Assembly: GCA_004195515.1 (NCBI GenBank)
Contig: PSPR01000001.1
Location: 14,480 to 78,479 of the forward strand
Length of the DNA stretch: 64,000 bases
Direction of reading: 5' to 3'
From: Methanobacteriota archaeon
GTDB lineage: Archaea; Thermoplasmatota; Poseidoniia; Poseidoniales; Poseidoniaceae
Part shown: in pieces, positions 9,452-18,400 of the stretch
How positions within the stretch are numbered: position 1 is the first letter of the stretch
Layout of the letters: the number at the start of each line of letters is the position of its first letter
The notes under the pieces: generated by a model
Told to the model about the DNA's origin: nothing
Databases searched by the model: none
The model's input: the letters and a program-made list of their open reading frames with translations, nothing else
Made by a program: the position numbers and the translations under genes

Positions 9452-10426
9452 ATGGCAGCCTCAAATCCGGTCGTTACTCTGGTACGAGAACTTATTCTCG
9501 CCGGTGGCATGATCGGTCTAATCGTATTGGCGATGTGGGCCCATACTGGTTCGATGCCACCTTTGGTCGTAGTAGAGTCGTCATCGATGGTTCACGATGC
9601 AAAAGGCGAGGTCGGATCGATCGATGCTGGAGATTTGGTATTAGTGCACGATCCTGAAGGGAAAAAAATCGTAACCTTTGCTGAAGCAACAGATCCAAAT
9701 CACGCCGATTTTGGTTATGAATCTCATGGCTTGGCAGGTGATGTCATCATCTACGAACGCAATGGTGAATCGGAGAGTACACCCATTATTCATCGAGCTA
9801 TTTTGAGGGTGAAAATCAACCGAACTATGGACGCTGACAATCTTGGTAATTGCGATGAAGGAACCTATGATTCCTTATCTAAGTTATGCATAATTTCATG
9901 GGATATTCCTGGTACTAAAGTTTTAGACCAAGAAAAAATTAACCTTAATTTTGATGGTGTAAATGCCTCTGGCAAATATGATTGCCAAATTGATTCTGCT
10001 GGCCATGGAGATGTTACTTTGAGGTTTTCTGACTGGCGACCACGCCATCCCGGGTTCATCACATTAGGCGATAATAACAAATGCTCGGATGACCAAGGTG
10101 CAGCTGTGACCTCATCGGGGATCCATTCCTCTTCATCTGGGTTGATAGGCCCGGTTAGGGCCGAATGGGTAATCGGTATTTCTGGTGCAGAAGTACCTTG
10201 GTTAGGAATTGTCAAATTGATTGTTAGCGGTGGTAATTCACCAGGGATTTCTCAAGTACCCGGTCCTTCCTTCATCTATTTGATAATTCTTGTCGGCTCG
10301 ATTTTGATCGCACCGATATTGATCGATCCAATCGCAAGAAAATTAATCCATTCATCACCAGAAGTAATCGAATCAGAGCGTGAGTCAGCCTTGGATTATG
10401 TGTTGAAATCGCCTGAGGAAGAATGA
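9452..10426 (+). CDS. signal peptidase I, archaeal/ER (Sec11) type
   Basis: N-terminal TM, then a Ser box VVVESSSMVH, GDLVLV, a His box IIHRAI and TLGDNN. A C-terminal TM is also present. The protein is longer than minimal family members because of an insert between the His box and GDNN. Confidence 0.8.
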   Translation: MAASNPVVTLVRELILAGGMIGLIVLAMWAHTGSMPPLVVVESSSMVHDAKGEVGSIDAGDLVLVHDPEGKKIVTFAEATDPNHADFGYESHGLAGDVIIYERNGESESTPIIHRAILRVKINRTMDADNLGNCDEGTYDSLSKLCIISWDIPGTKVLDQEKINLNFDGVNASGKYDCQIDSAGHGDVTLRFSDWRPRHPGFITLGDNNKCSDDQGAAVTSSGIHSSSSGLIGPVRAEWVIGISGAEVPWLGIVKLIVSGGNSPGISQVPGPSFIYLIILVGSILIAPILIDPIARKLIHSSPEVIESERESALDYVLKSPEEE

Positions 10427-10957
10427 CTATACCCTACGGCCAGAAAGTCGATCATCTGCGCTTTGCAAACGGATATTAGCGAGGTCTATTCCTTCTTGTA
10501 CCAAAGACAAATCTGCTTGCTCAAGCATTTTTTTGATTAAATCTCTGCTCCTATTTAGGTCTGATATACGTCGGTTTTTATCCTTGGGCTTTGCGATATC
10601 ACCCTGCATTGAGATCAACCATTGTTCGAGTAATGCACTTGCCCACTCAGGGGCTCGAACCCTTGCTGCGAGAAAAATTTCTTTGGAGCGATGTCGAAAT
10701 CTAACCATTCCGTCGGCCATCCTTCTGGTTTGAATTGAACCTGGTTGCCAAGACTCAAGATTTACTTCCAATTTTGAACCACACTCCAATCCCTCGCCAG
10801 AATCGATTAAATCAGCGATGACGACCATATTGGATAACTTCAATAAAACCTGAACGCAGTCACCTTCTTCGGTCCAAATAGAAGAATCGATTGGACCCTG
10901 TGAATAAACGGATTCTGTCCATTCATGAATCGCCCGAACGGTCTTGTCCATAGCCAA
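10427..10957 (-). CDS. hypothetical protein
   Basis: 176-aa ORF filling the gap between flanking genes. No motif recognised. Confidence 0.55.
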   Translation of the reverse strand: MAMDKTVRAIHEWTESVYSQGPIDSSIWTEEGDCVQVLLKLSNMVVIADLIDSGEGLECGSKLEVNLESWQPGSIQTRRMADGMVRFRHRSKEIFLAARVRAPEWASALLEQWLISMQGDIAKPKDKNRRISDLNRSRDLIKKMLEQADLSLVQEGIDLANIRLQSADDRLSGRRV

Positions 10958-11026
10958 GCCTAGAGGCGGTCTCTCAAGAACTCGTCGACATCGGGTTGAA
11001 GTGTAAACGCTGCTTGGTCGGGTTTG

Positions 11027-12433
11027 ATGGCAAGTGAATTATTGAGCGTCGAGGCGGATTGGAAATCCGTTTTATTGCTCATTATGATTTGGTATCTAAT
11101 CCTCAGGAGATGGGAGGCCAATGGCCAACTTGACAAATGGAATGCAACAAGGGTATTCGGTGCAATCTTGATGGTGCGAACCTCAAAAGGGAAAAAAACA
11201 CTCGAAATGATTTCAAAACCGAAAAAGTTTTGGCGAATCTATGGTGAAATTTCACTGTGGGTTTGTTGGATTGCGATGTTTTTGGTGGGCTTACTACTAA
11301 TCATAGCCTTGATCAGCGCAATTTTAATCGAATCGACCGCACCGCCACCATCAGCTTCAGAATTGGTAGCAATTCCAGGGCTGAACCCGATGATTCCACT
11401 TGGTTGGGGCGCTTTGGCATTCATTATTTGCTTGGTTATCCATGAATTTGGTCATGCGATTCAAGCTCGTGCTCATGGGATGAGGGTCAGGAATTTTGGC
11501 CTTTTGATGTTAGGCCCACTACCACTAGGCGCTTTTGCAGAACCAGAACATGAAGAAATCATTTCTTCACCTCGAAGAGAACGCCAAAGAATGTTCGCTG
11601 CTGGCCCAGCAACCAATATTTTTGCAGCGATTATATTGATGTTATTGATGGGCTCACTCGCAGGTCATTTCGGCACTACTCAGGAGGGGGTTCACTCGAG
11701 TGGAATCATCGTCGGCACTGGTGCAGAGCAAGCCGGTTTAGAGCCGTATGACATCATTTACGAAATCGATGGCAAACCGATTTCGGGTGTAGATGATTTT
11801 AGTGCAGCAATGGACGGATTCAAGGCCGGAGACATCGTTTTGATGGAAGTGTTAAGAGTCGATGGATCTAAAGATTTATTGGCGGTTAATATTACCGATA
11901 AAAGAGATTATTTTATTGATCAAGGGGTTGACGAAGAATTACTAGACGCATATGGTATCGAGCAAGGTGATGCGTTTTTAGGCATCGAAAGACCCTCTGA
12001 TTCGACTTCAGGAATCGATTCAATTTCAGGCATTGGAAACCCGTTGACAATTTTGATAACTCCATTTGAGCTTCAAGGAATTGCGATTCATCCTTCCGAA
12101 GAAGCGATGTTGACCGCAGGGGATAGTTGGTTTGCGCAAACGGTAGGTTTATCGGGATTATTATTCTTGGTCAACCTGATGTTTTGGCTGATTTGGGTCA
12201 ACATATTATTAGGCTTCACAAATTTGATACCAATGGTTCCATTCGACGGTGGCCATTTGTTCAGAGATATTGTTCATGGCACCATGAGCGGTTTGAGAAA
12301 GGTTGGCAAAAAAAGCGGACTTTGGCGAATTCACCCTTTGACAGTAGAACATTTTTCTAGAAAAGCAAGTTCATATTCATCGTTATTTTTATTGGTTACT
12401 TTGGTTTTTATCATGGTTGCACCATATCTGTGA
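11027..12433 (+). CDS. site-2 protease (M50 family) with PDZ domain
   Basis: HEFGHAIQA (HExxH) sits in a TM segment. There is a PDZ-like insert (GIIVGTGAEQAGLEPYDIIYEIDGKPI) and a distal NLIPMVPFDGGH motif. The ATG at 11027 lies one codon inside the track's TTG start. Confidence 0.85.
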   Translation: MASELLSVEADWKSVLLLIMIWYLILRRWEANGQLDKWNATRVFGAILMVRTSKGKKTLEMISKPKKFWRIYGEISLWVCWIAMFLVGLLLIIALISAILIESTAPPPSASELVAIPGLNPMIPLGWGALAFIICLVIHEFGHAIQARAHGMRVRNFGLLMLGPLPLGAFAEPEHEEIISSPRRERQRMFAAGPATNIFAAIILMLLMGSLAGHFGTTQEGVHSSGIIVGTGAEQAGLEPYDIIYEIDGKPISGVDDFSAAMDGFKAGDIVLMEVLRVDGSKDLLAVNITDKRDYFIDQGVDEELLDAYGIEQGDAFLGIERPSDSTSGIDSISGIGNPLTILITPFELQGIAIHPSEEAMLTAGDSWFAQTVGLSGLLFLVNLMFWLIWVNILLGFTNLIPMVPFDGGHLFRDIVHGTMSGLRKVGKKSGLWRIHPLTVEHFSRKASSYSSLFLLVTLVFIMVAPYL

Positions 12434-13034
12434 GCCTACTCTGAATTAGAGTTTCATCTCCATCATTGTGTTTATCCAATTGTGCAGCTCTTTGTTCAAG
12501 CGATTTTATCGAGTTAGAATCATTACTTCGGCAAACCAATGCAAGGAATTTATGCAAAGGCATGCCTTGGTCCCAATCAAGGAATGGTTTGCCGTTTCTG
12601 GTCAATGGTAAGGCTGGGATTCTCCTCCTCAACATTCCAAGTCTGCCAGATAATTTTCCAACATCTACTCTGAAGATTCTCCAAGAATCTCCCCTAACTC
12701 GTTTTAAACGGTAAGCGTATAATGGCATCAAACCGCAACGAACGCCTTCTTTCAACATCGCTTCGTATTGGGTTTTGGTCCTACCGGAAAGGTATAATTT
12801 GGAAACCTTACAGGATTTTACTTCGATCGGGAAACATAAATCACCGCGTAAAGCGAGCAAATCACCACTTCCTTCCATTCCAGAACCCGCAGCTCTAACC
12901 ACCAAAAAAGGCCGCTCGAGTACTTGCATTGCCCTAGCTTTTGCGATAGGATCACAAGATCTTGTAACCGCTTCTACCCCTTTTGGTATACCTGCTAAAA
13001 CGCAGCGCAATTCCCGTTCATATTGGCTTGACAC
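12411..13034 (-). CDS. hjc: Hjc-type Holliday junction resolvase family nuclease with extra insert and C-terminal extension
   Basis: YERELRCVL ... VVRAAGSGMEGSGDLLALRGDLCFPIEVKSCK matches the E..D..E-x-K archaeal resolvase core. GTG start. At 207 aa it is about 70-80 aa longer than canonical Hjc. Confidence 0.6.
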   Translation of the reverse strand: MSSQYERELRCVLAGIPKGVEAVTRSCDPIAKARAMQVLERPFLVVRAAGSGMEGSGDLLALRGDLCFPIEVKSCKVSKLYLSGRTKTQYEAMLKEGVRCGLMPLYAYRLKRVRGDSWRIFRVDVGKLSGRLGMLRRRIPALPLTRNGKPFLDWDQGMPLHKFLALVCRSNDSNSIKSLEQRAAQLDKHNDGDETLIQSRLTDMVQP

Positions 13035-13117
13035 ATTTAGGCTTATTTTGGCAAGAGTTATTGAAAACTCCGGTGATTACGCGTCAGGTTGAAGCGTGAT
13101 TAGGGCTAGGACCCTAT

Positions 13118-13840
13118 GTGCGCCGAGTAGCGGTCCGGACTGCGAATTTTCGTCTCAGTTTTCATCTGATGAGGGAATTGAAGCGACGTAATTGTCAATT
13201 TGTTATGCTTTCACCCGAAGATTCTTGGGACGGAATTTGGTTGGCAACCCCTGAAGAAACCGTTCAATCCAAGGGTGGAATTCCAGTTATTGAAGACACG
13301 GTAGAGGCTGCGGTCGAAAGGGCAATTCAATTATCGCGTGGATTTTCCAGCGCCAATCAATTGGTTTTTGGAATTGATCCAGGCCCTCGACCCGGATTAG
13401 CATGGTTAGCAGATGGTCAACTGGTTGGAACGGCACAATTGGAAAATGTTTCAGATGTTATTTCTCATATCAAAGGTTTATCTTCATCGATTCAACATAT
13501 CCATTTGGTTGTAAAAATAGGCGATGGAGCCCCATTGATTAGAGATCGATTGGTCAACGAATGCATCGAATCAAAACTTGAGGTATTGGTAGTAAGTGAG
13601 GCGAAAACGAGCAAGGGTTCGCGCAGCCAAGCCCATATTCATGCCGCCACAAGAATCGCGGTTCAAGGTGGAAAAAGAATTGCTTCGATGAGAGTGATTC
13701 AAGTGGGTGAAGGTGCTTTGAAGGAAATCAAGCGCCAATCAAGAATCCTCAGCGGTGGAAGGGTTACAATTTCTAGCGAATTAGCAATGAGTGTCGCTCT
13801 TGGAAATCTCGAATTAGCTCAGGCGCTTAAGAAAGCCTAA
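13118..13840 (+). CDS. hypothetical protein, possible RNase H-fold (GIDPG motif) nuclease
   Basis: 240-aa ORF with a GTG start. LVFGIDPGPRPGLAWLADG resembles the first strand and catalytic Asp of RuvC/YqgF-like RNase H-fold proteins. This is weak, motif-only evidence. Confidence 0.5.
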   Translation: MRRVAVRTANFRLSFHLMRELKRRNCQFVMLSPEDSWDGIWLATPEETVQSKGGIPVIEDTVEAAVERAIQLSRGFSSANQLVFGIDPGPRPGLAWLADGQLVGTAQLENVSDVISHIKGLSSSIQHIHLVVKIGDGAPLIRDRLVNECIESKLEVLVVSEAKTSKGSRSQAHIHAATRIAVQGGKRIASMRVIQVGEGALKEIKRQSRILSGGRVTISSELAMSVALGNLELAQALKKA

Positions 13841-14675
13841 CCTTATAGCGTTCTCTTCCATTGCTATACAGCGTGATAATACCCGAGGATGATACACAGA
13901 TTGCAATAGAATTTGCCAATTGACTAATCGAGCGCCCAGCCAAATGTCTACCACCCTCTCCAGGTTTGGCCACGATGCCCGAAGGAACCTGAATATAGCG
14001 TCCAGCATCGCTTGCGATGCCTTTCGAATTGAATAGAATTGCACCGTCCAACCAAGCGAATTCCGCTAATGTTTCGTGGTTATTCAAATTGAGAATACTT
14101 CGGCGCATCTCGGAATGACCTTTGAACGGATTCAATACCAAAGCGGTAGAATAACGTCGTAATTTTGGGACAGATCCAATCACAAATAGCGCCCCTACAG
14201 CATGACCTTCCCTTCCTCTTCCACCGATATGGCGAGCTAAATCCATCAATTTAGCAAGGACTTCAATGTCGATTTCATGTTCATTTGAAAGTGGACCCAA
14301 TCGGTTCGATGAGAGGTTATTCGCTTCGACAATTATCACTCCAGTCATCGGTTCAGCGAGGATTGCGAGAATCTTATCATTATTGCCAAATCGACCTTCG
14401 CCAAGCCCTTGTAAGATCATATCGTGTAATCTGTTCAGGACCGAAAGACCCTGAGCGGATAAGGGTTCGTCGAGAATTTTTACTTCAAAACCATCTCCTG
14501 ATAATGATTGGGCTACCTTTTGAGAACTGGTAAGTGTGACCATATTCAATCCTTTTGGCAATTCTTCGGCAATTTTTCTAACAGTTCTAGAATTATTGCT
14601 AAGTAATACACAAGCGGAAAATCCTTGTTTTTCGCTTTGAATCGAGGACCTGACCAAAGTGGCGAGGTCGACCAT
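13827..14675 (-). CDS. dacZ: diadenylate cyclase, archaeal DacZ type
   Basis: The C-terminal DAC domain shows GALFVIG, DGAILF, GGRHLAGRSIS and ICVSSSGIITLY. The N-terminal half resembles the regulatory domain of DacZ. I chose the ATG at 14675, which is preceded by AGGTGA; the track start is a GTG at 14684. Confidence 0.75.
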   Translation of the reverse strand: MVDLATLVRSSIQSEKQGFSACVLLSNNSRTVRKIAEELPKGLNMVTLTSSQKVAQSLSGDGFEVKILDEPLSAQGLSVLNRLHDMILQGLGEGRFGNNDKILAILAEPMTGVIIVEANNLSSNRLGPLSNEHEIDIEVLAKLMDLARHIGGRGREGHAVGALFVIGSVPKLRRYSTALVLNPFKGHSEMRRSILNLNNHETLAEFAWLDGAILFNSKGIASDAGRYIQVPSGIVAKPGEGGRHLAGRSISQLANSIAICVSSSGIITLYSNGRERYKVRLS

Positions 14676-14689
14676 AGAATTCACCTAGT

Positions 14690-15304
14690 TTACTCGCTGT
14701 CTGTAGTGTCGATTCCGGGGAGCTGGTCCTCGGATTCTCGATAAACGGTACGCATATTTTTTATGAAATTTCTTTCTTTTACGATTATGGTGTAATTCTT
14801 AATTTTGGGATCATCTTCACCGTCGAGAACCCCCAATATTGTTTCGAGGGTTAGTCTTGCACCTTCTCGATGAGGATAAGCAAAAATACCCATCGATAAA
14901 GGTGGGGCGATTACATCGTTAACGTCGCCCATATTTTTGAGGGTCTCAAATAGATTAGCATAGGTTTCAGGCAATAATGACCGCCGCAACTCGTCTTGAT
15001 TTGGACGGCGGCAATCTGGGCTCACAACATGAATGATATGCTTGAATCGCTCACTTAATCCAAATGGAACGGTGGTGACATTTGTCGTGACTGGGCAAGG
15101 TGGGAGATTAAATTGGCGCTGGTCAGCACTAATTTCACGGCAACGCAATCGTAGTTCTTCCCCGGCTGCTTTGTGAATCAATGCATCGATACCTTCTCGA
15201 CCTGAAAGGCGGTTATTGGCAGGGGTGATTACCGCATCAGCGTTTTGCAAGTGGAGGTCCCCTCCGATTACTCGGAGCACACCCCAACGACAAGTTCGCG
15301 CCAT
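14690..15304 (-). CDS. macro domain protein (ADP-ribose binding/hydrolase family)
   Basis: ADAVITPANNRLSGREGIDALIHKAAG ... PPLSMGIFAYP are macro-domain signatures. The start is uncertain, with ATGs at 15304, 15319 and 15376. Confidence 0.75.
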   Translation of the reverse strand: MARTCRWGVLRVIGGDLHLQNADAVITPANNRLSGREGIDALIHKAAGEELRLRCREISADQRQFNLPPCPVTTNVTTVPFGLSERFKHIIHVVSPDCRRPNQDELRRSLLPETYANLFETLKNMGDVNDVIAPPLSMGIFAYPHREGARLTLETILGVLDGEDDPKIKNYTIIVKERNFIKNMRTVYRESEDQLPGIDTTDSE

Positions 15305-15464
15305 ATACAACTCGACCATGTGCAGGCAGGGGGGCCTGACCTTCATATACACATTGACCGAACCATTACTTTTCATCTAATTTCCCATAAACGGCTATCC
15401 GAAGTTGATTTGAGTAAAGCACGCTCCCAAGTGTAACGTGGGTCCGGAGAGAAGAGCGATTTGC

Positions 15465-18400
15465 ATGGCTATTCTCTTCATGCTGGGGAGTATCAACATC
15501 CCTGTTTCCGATGAGGTAGAATTTCCGTTCGACTATGAAAAAATTGGCTTGAGTGGACAATTTGACATTTGGAATGAGACTCCGTTTATCGACATTGCCG
15601 TTCCAGATGGATTTGACATGGATAGCATTACCGATTATAGTGACGTAGGGGTATTGATCAATAATCAATCCGAAGCCAGCCGAACCATCGGATGGGCTTT
15701 CGTAAATGCAAGAAATATTTCTTCTGATAGAATTTTTATCTTCGATAACGAATCTACTCCTGTTTCTGAAACGATTAACCGCGCTCAATTCAATGCATCG
15801 TTTCGCCACCCTTTGGAGACGATGTTAGCCGAATATAATGGCAGTAACGACATCAATTATTTGGTTACGACAAAGGGCGTACCGCTCAGAGTTAGCGGTG
15901 GAAACGATAGAGCCTCCTTCGACCAAGAGATCTCTTTGGTAGGAGGAATTTATTCTGGAAGCATCGGCAATAATTATTGGGTAAATCACGGATATGGTCC
16001 ATTGGCTGGGAAAAAAATGGAAAGTTTTACCAGAGAAGAATATGGTTTTTTCTTGGTCACCCGTCTAACCGGTTATACTATCGATACCGCATTGGAGTTG
16101 ATCGAGCGAGCTAACAATTCCTTCGGAGCTCGAGGAACTCACGTTTTGGACCTCGCGACAAATAGAAATAATTCTGGATACAAATTTTGGAATGATAATC
16201 TCTATACCGCAAATACAACCTTGAATGGTACGCTTGGATTACCGGTGCTATTCGACGAAGAAACAGAATTTTTAACCAATATTTCGAATGTTATTACCTA
16301 TGCTTCTTGGGGTTCGAACGATGGTAATTGGAATCGTAACTTTCTAGCAAATGCAGGTTTTGATACAACTGATAGTTCATGGTCGAGTGGGTCCAAATAT
16401 TGGGATGCTTTCTCTCCAACGGTCTCTCCCGGTGATGAATTTAATTGGAGTTATCAAACCGGAATTAAGCAAGGAGGTAATGGGGCGATGGAGGCCCGAG
16501 TTTCATCTGAATGCAGCCAAGAATCTGCCGACATGTCACCGGGGATTTTTGCCGAGTTCTTCGATAATGAAGGAATCAGTTTCAATACTGCTAGTATGCC
16601 TGATTTAATTGATCGAATTCCCGATCACGTACGTATCGAGAGTGACCTGGCTTACTCTTCTTCAGGCAATCCCTACCCGGGATTAGATGATAGATTCAAG
16701 CATAATTGGGGTGCGCGCTTTAGCGGACTAATCGACGTACCAGAATCAGGGAACTGGACATTATACCTCAATTCGGATGATGGTTCAGAATTGTGGATTG
16801 ATGATGTTAGTGCGGTACAAAATTATGGTTCACACGGAATGACGGAGCATTCTACAACGCTCTCCTTAACCGCGGGATATCATGATTTCAGAATAGAATT
16901 TTTCCAAGGTGGAGGACCACATGGTTTACTCCTTTCATGGCAAGGACCGAATGTGACAAAGACCAATATCCCTGCATCGGCATTCGTTGTATCGGGAGAT
17001 TATATTCCTCAGCAAGATAGTTTGATTCACAATTGGGATTTCGAGGAGGGTGTTGGAAACCAATCGAATGACAGTATTACGAATGGCTCCAACTTTACAC
17101 TATACGGGATGGATTCAAGCAATTGGAGAAATTGCATTGATGGCAATTGCCTGTGGTATGATGGTGCCGATGATTACGCCAAAGTGAATGTTGATGACTG
17201 GTTAGGAAATTTCTCTGTTAGTCAATGGGTTTGGGCAAATATCACTAATCAGACAAATAATGCAGCCACATTTGCGATTGATGATAATGCAGGCTCTAAC
17301 TACTCATTCCAACATATGGTCGCCAATAGTAAATGGAATTTACATAATAATCAGTCAAAGGAATTTGGTGATGTTGAGCCACAACGATGGGTTCATTTAG
17401 TGACCGTTTTTGATAGTGGTAACACTAGGCAATATCTCGATGGAGTACTGGTAAATTCCAATACATATCCAAATGGTTCAATAAATAATTTTGATTTGTA
17501 CAAGTTGGGAGTCAACCGGGCTGGCACTTCATATTTCGAAGGAATGATCGACAATTTGATGATCTGGGATACCGCTTTGAGTAATGGTTCTATTACTACT
17601 CTTAGTCGAGACATCATCAACAATTGCTCTGCATATTCTGGTAATGGCCAAGGTGTAGCGTACTTGGAAACAACTTATGCTGTCCCGACAAATTTCACAA
17701 ATCACGCTTGGTTGATTTATGGCTATGGGGAAAGAACAGGCGATGTATATGGTGAATACAATATCGAAGTTGCTTCTCTAGATTCAAATGGAACTGTATT
17801 GTTCACAAATACATCATCAAGTCAGTCTTTCACAACAACATGGAATTCCCGAACATTGAGGTTTAGACCACACCCCGATTCGACTTCTCTAAGGATTAGG
17901 GTATCGCTTGACATAGTGCCAACTTCGACAGATGGTTCACTATTCATTGATTCCACTTCATTACGAATAATCAGACCTCATATGGGCTGGGTAGACGGCT
18001 CCATCGCCGAAACAGCAGTATCGACCGGAGGGCGTTCGTTCAATTGGGGAACCGGTTATGGTCAATCATTGGTAGCGGATATTTTAGAGGATGGTGCTAG
18101 TGGTGTCAAAGGATATGTGTACGAACCATATTTGTCTGCGGTCACCTATCCAAGCGTATTGCTAGGAGCTTATGCGAGCGGCTATAATATGGCTGAATCC
18201 TATTATGCTGGTAATCTGTTAACAGGCTGGATGGGGGTTGTGGTCGGTGATCCAAAGATGGCAGCTTTCGGCGATATCGTTCACGATGTGGAAATCATCG
18301 ATGCGAGATTGATTGGTAACGCATCTGTGGACCAAGATTTCATTATCGAAATTGCTCTACAGAATATTGCTCCGGGAGATGCTGAAGGTTGGTTGACTAT

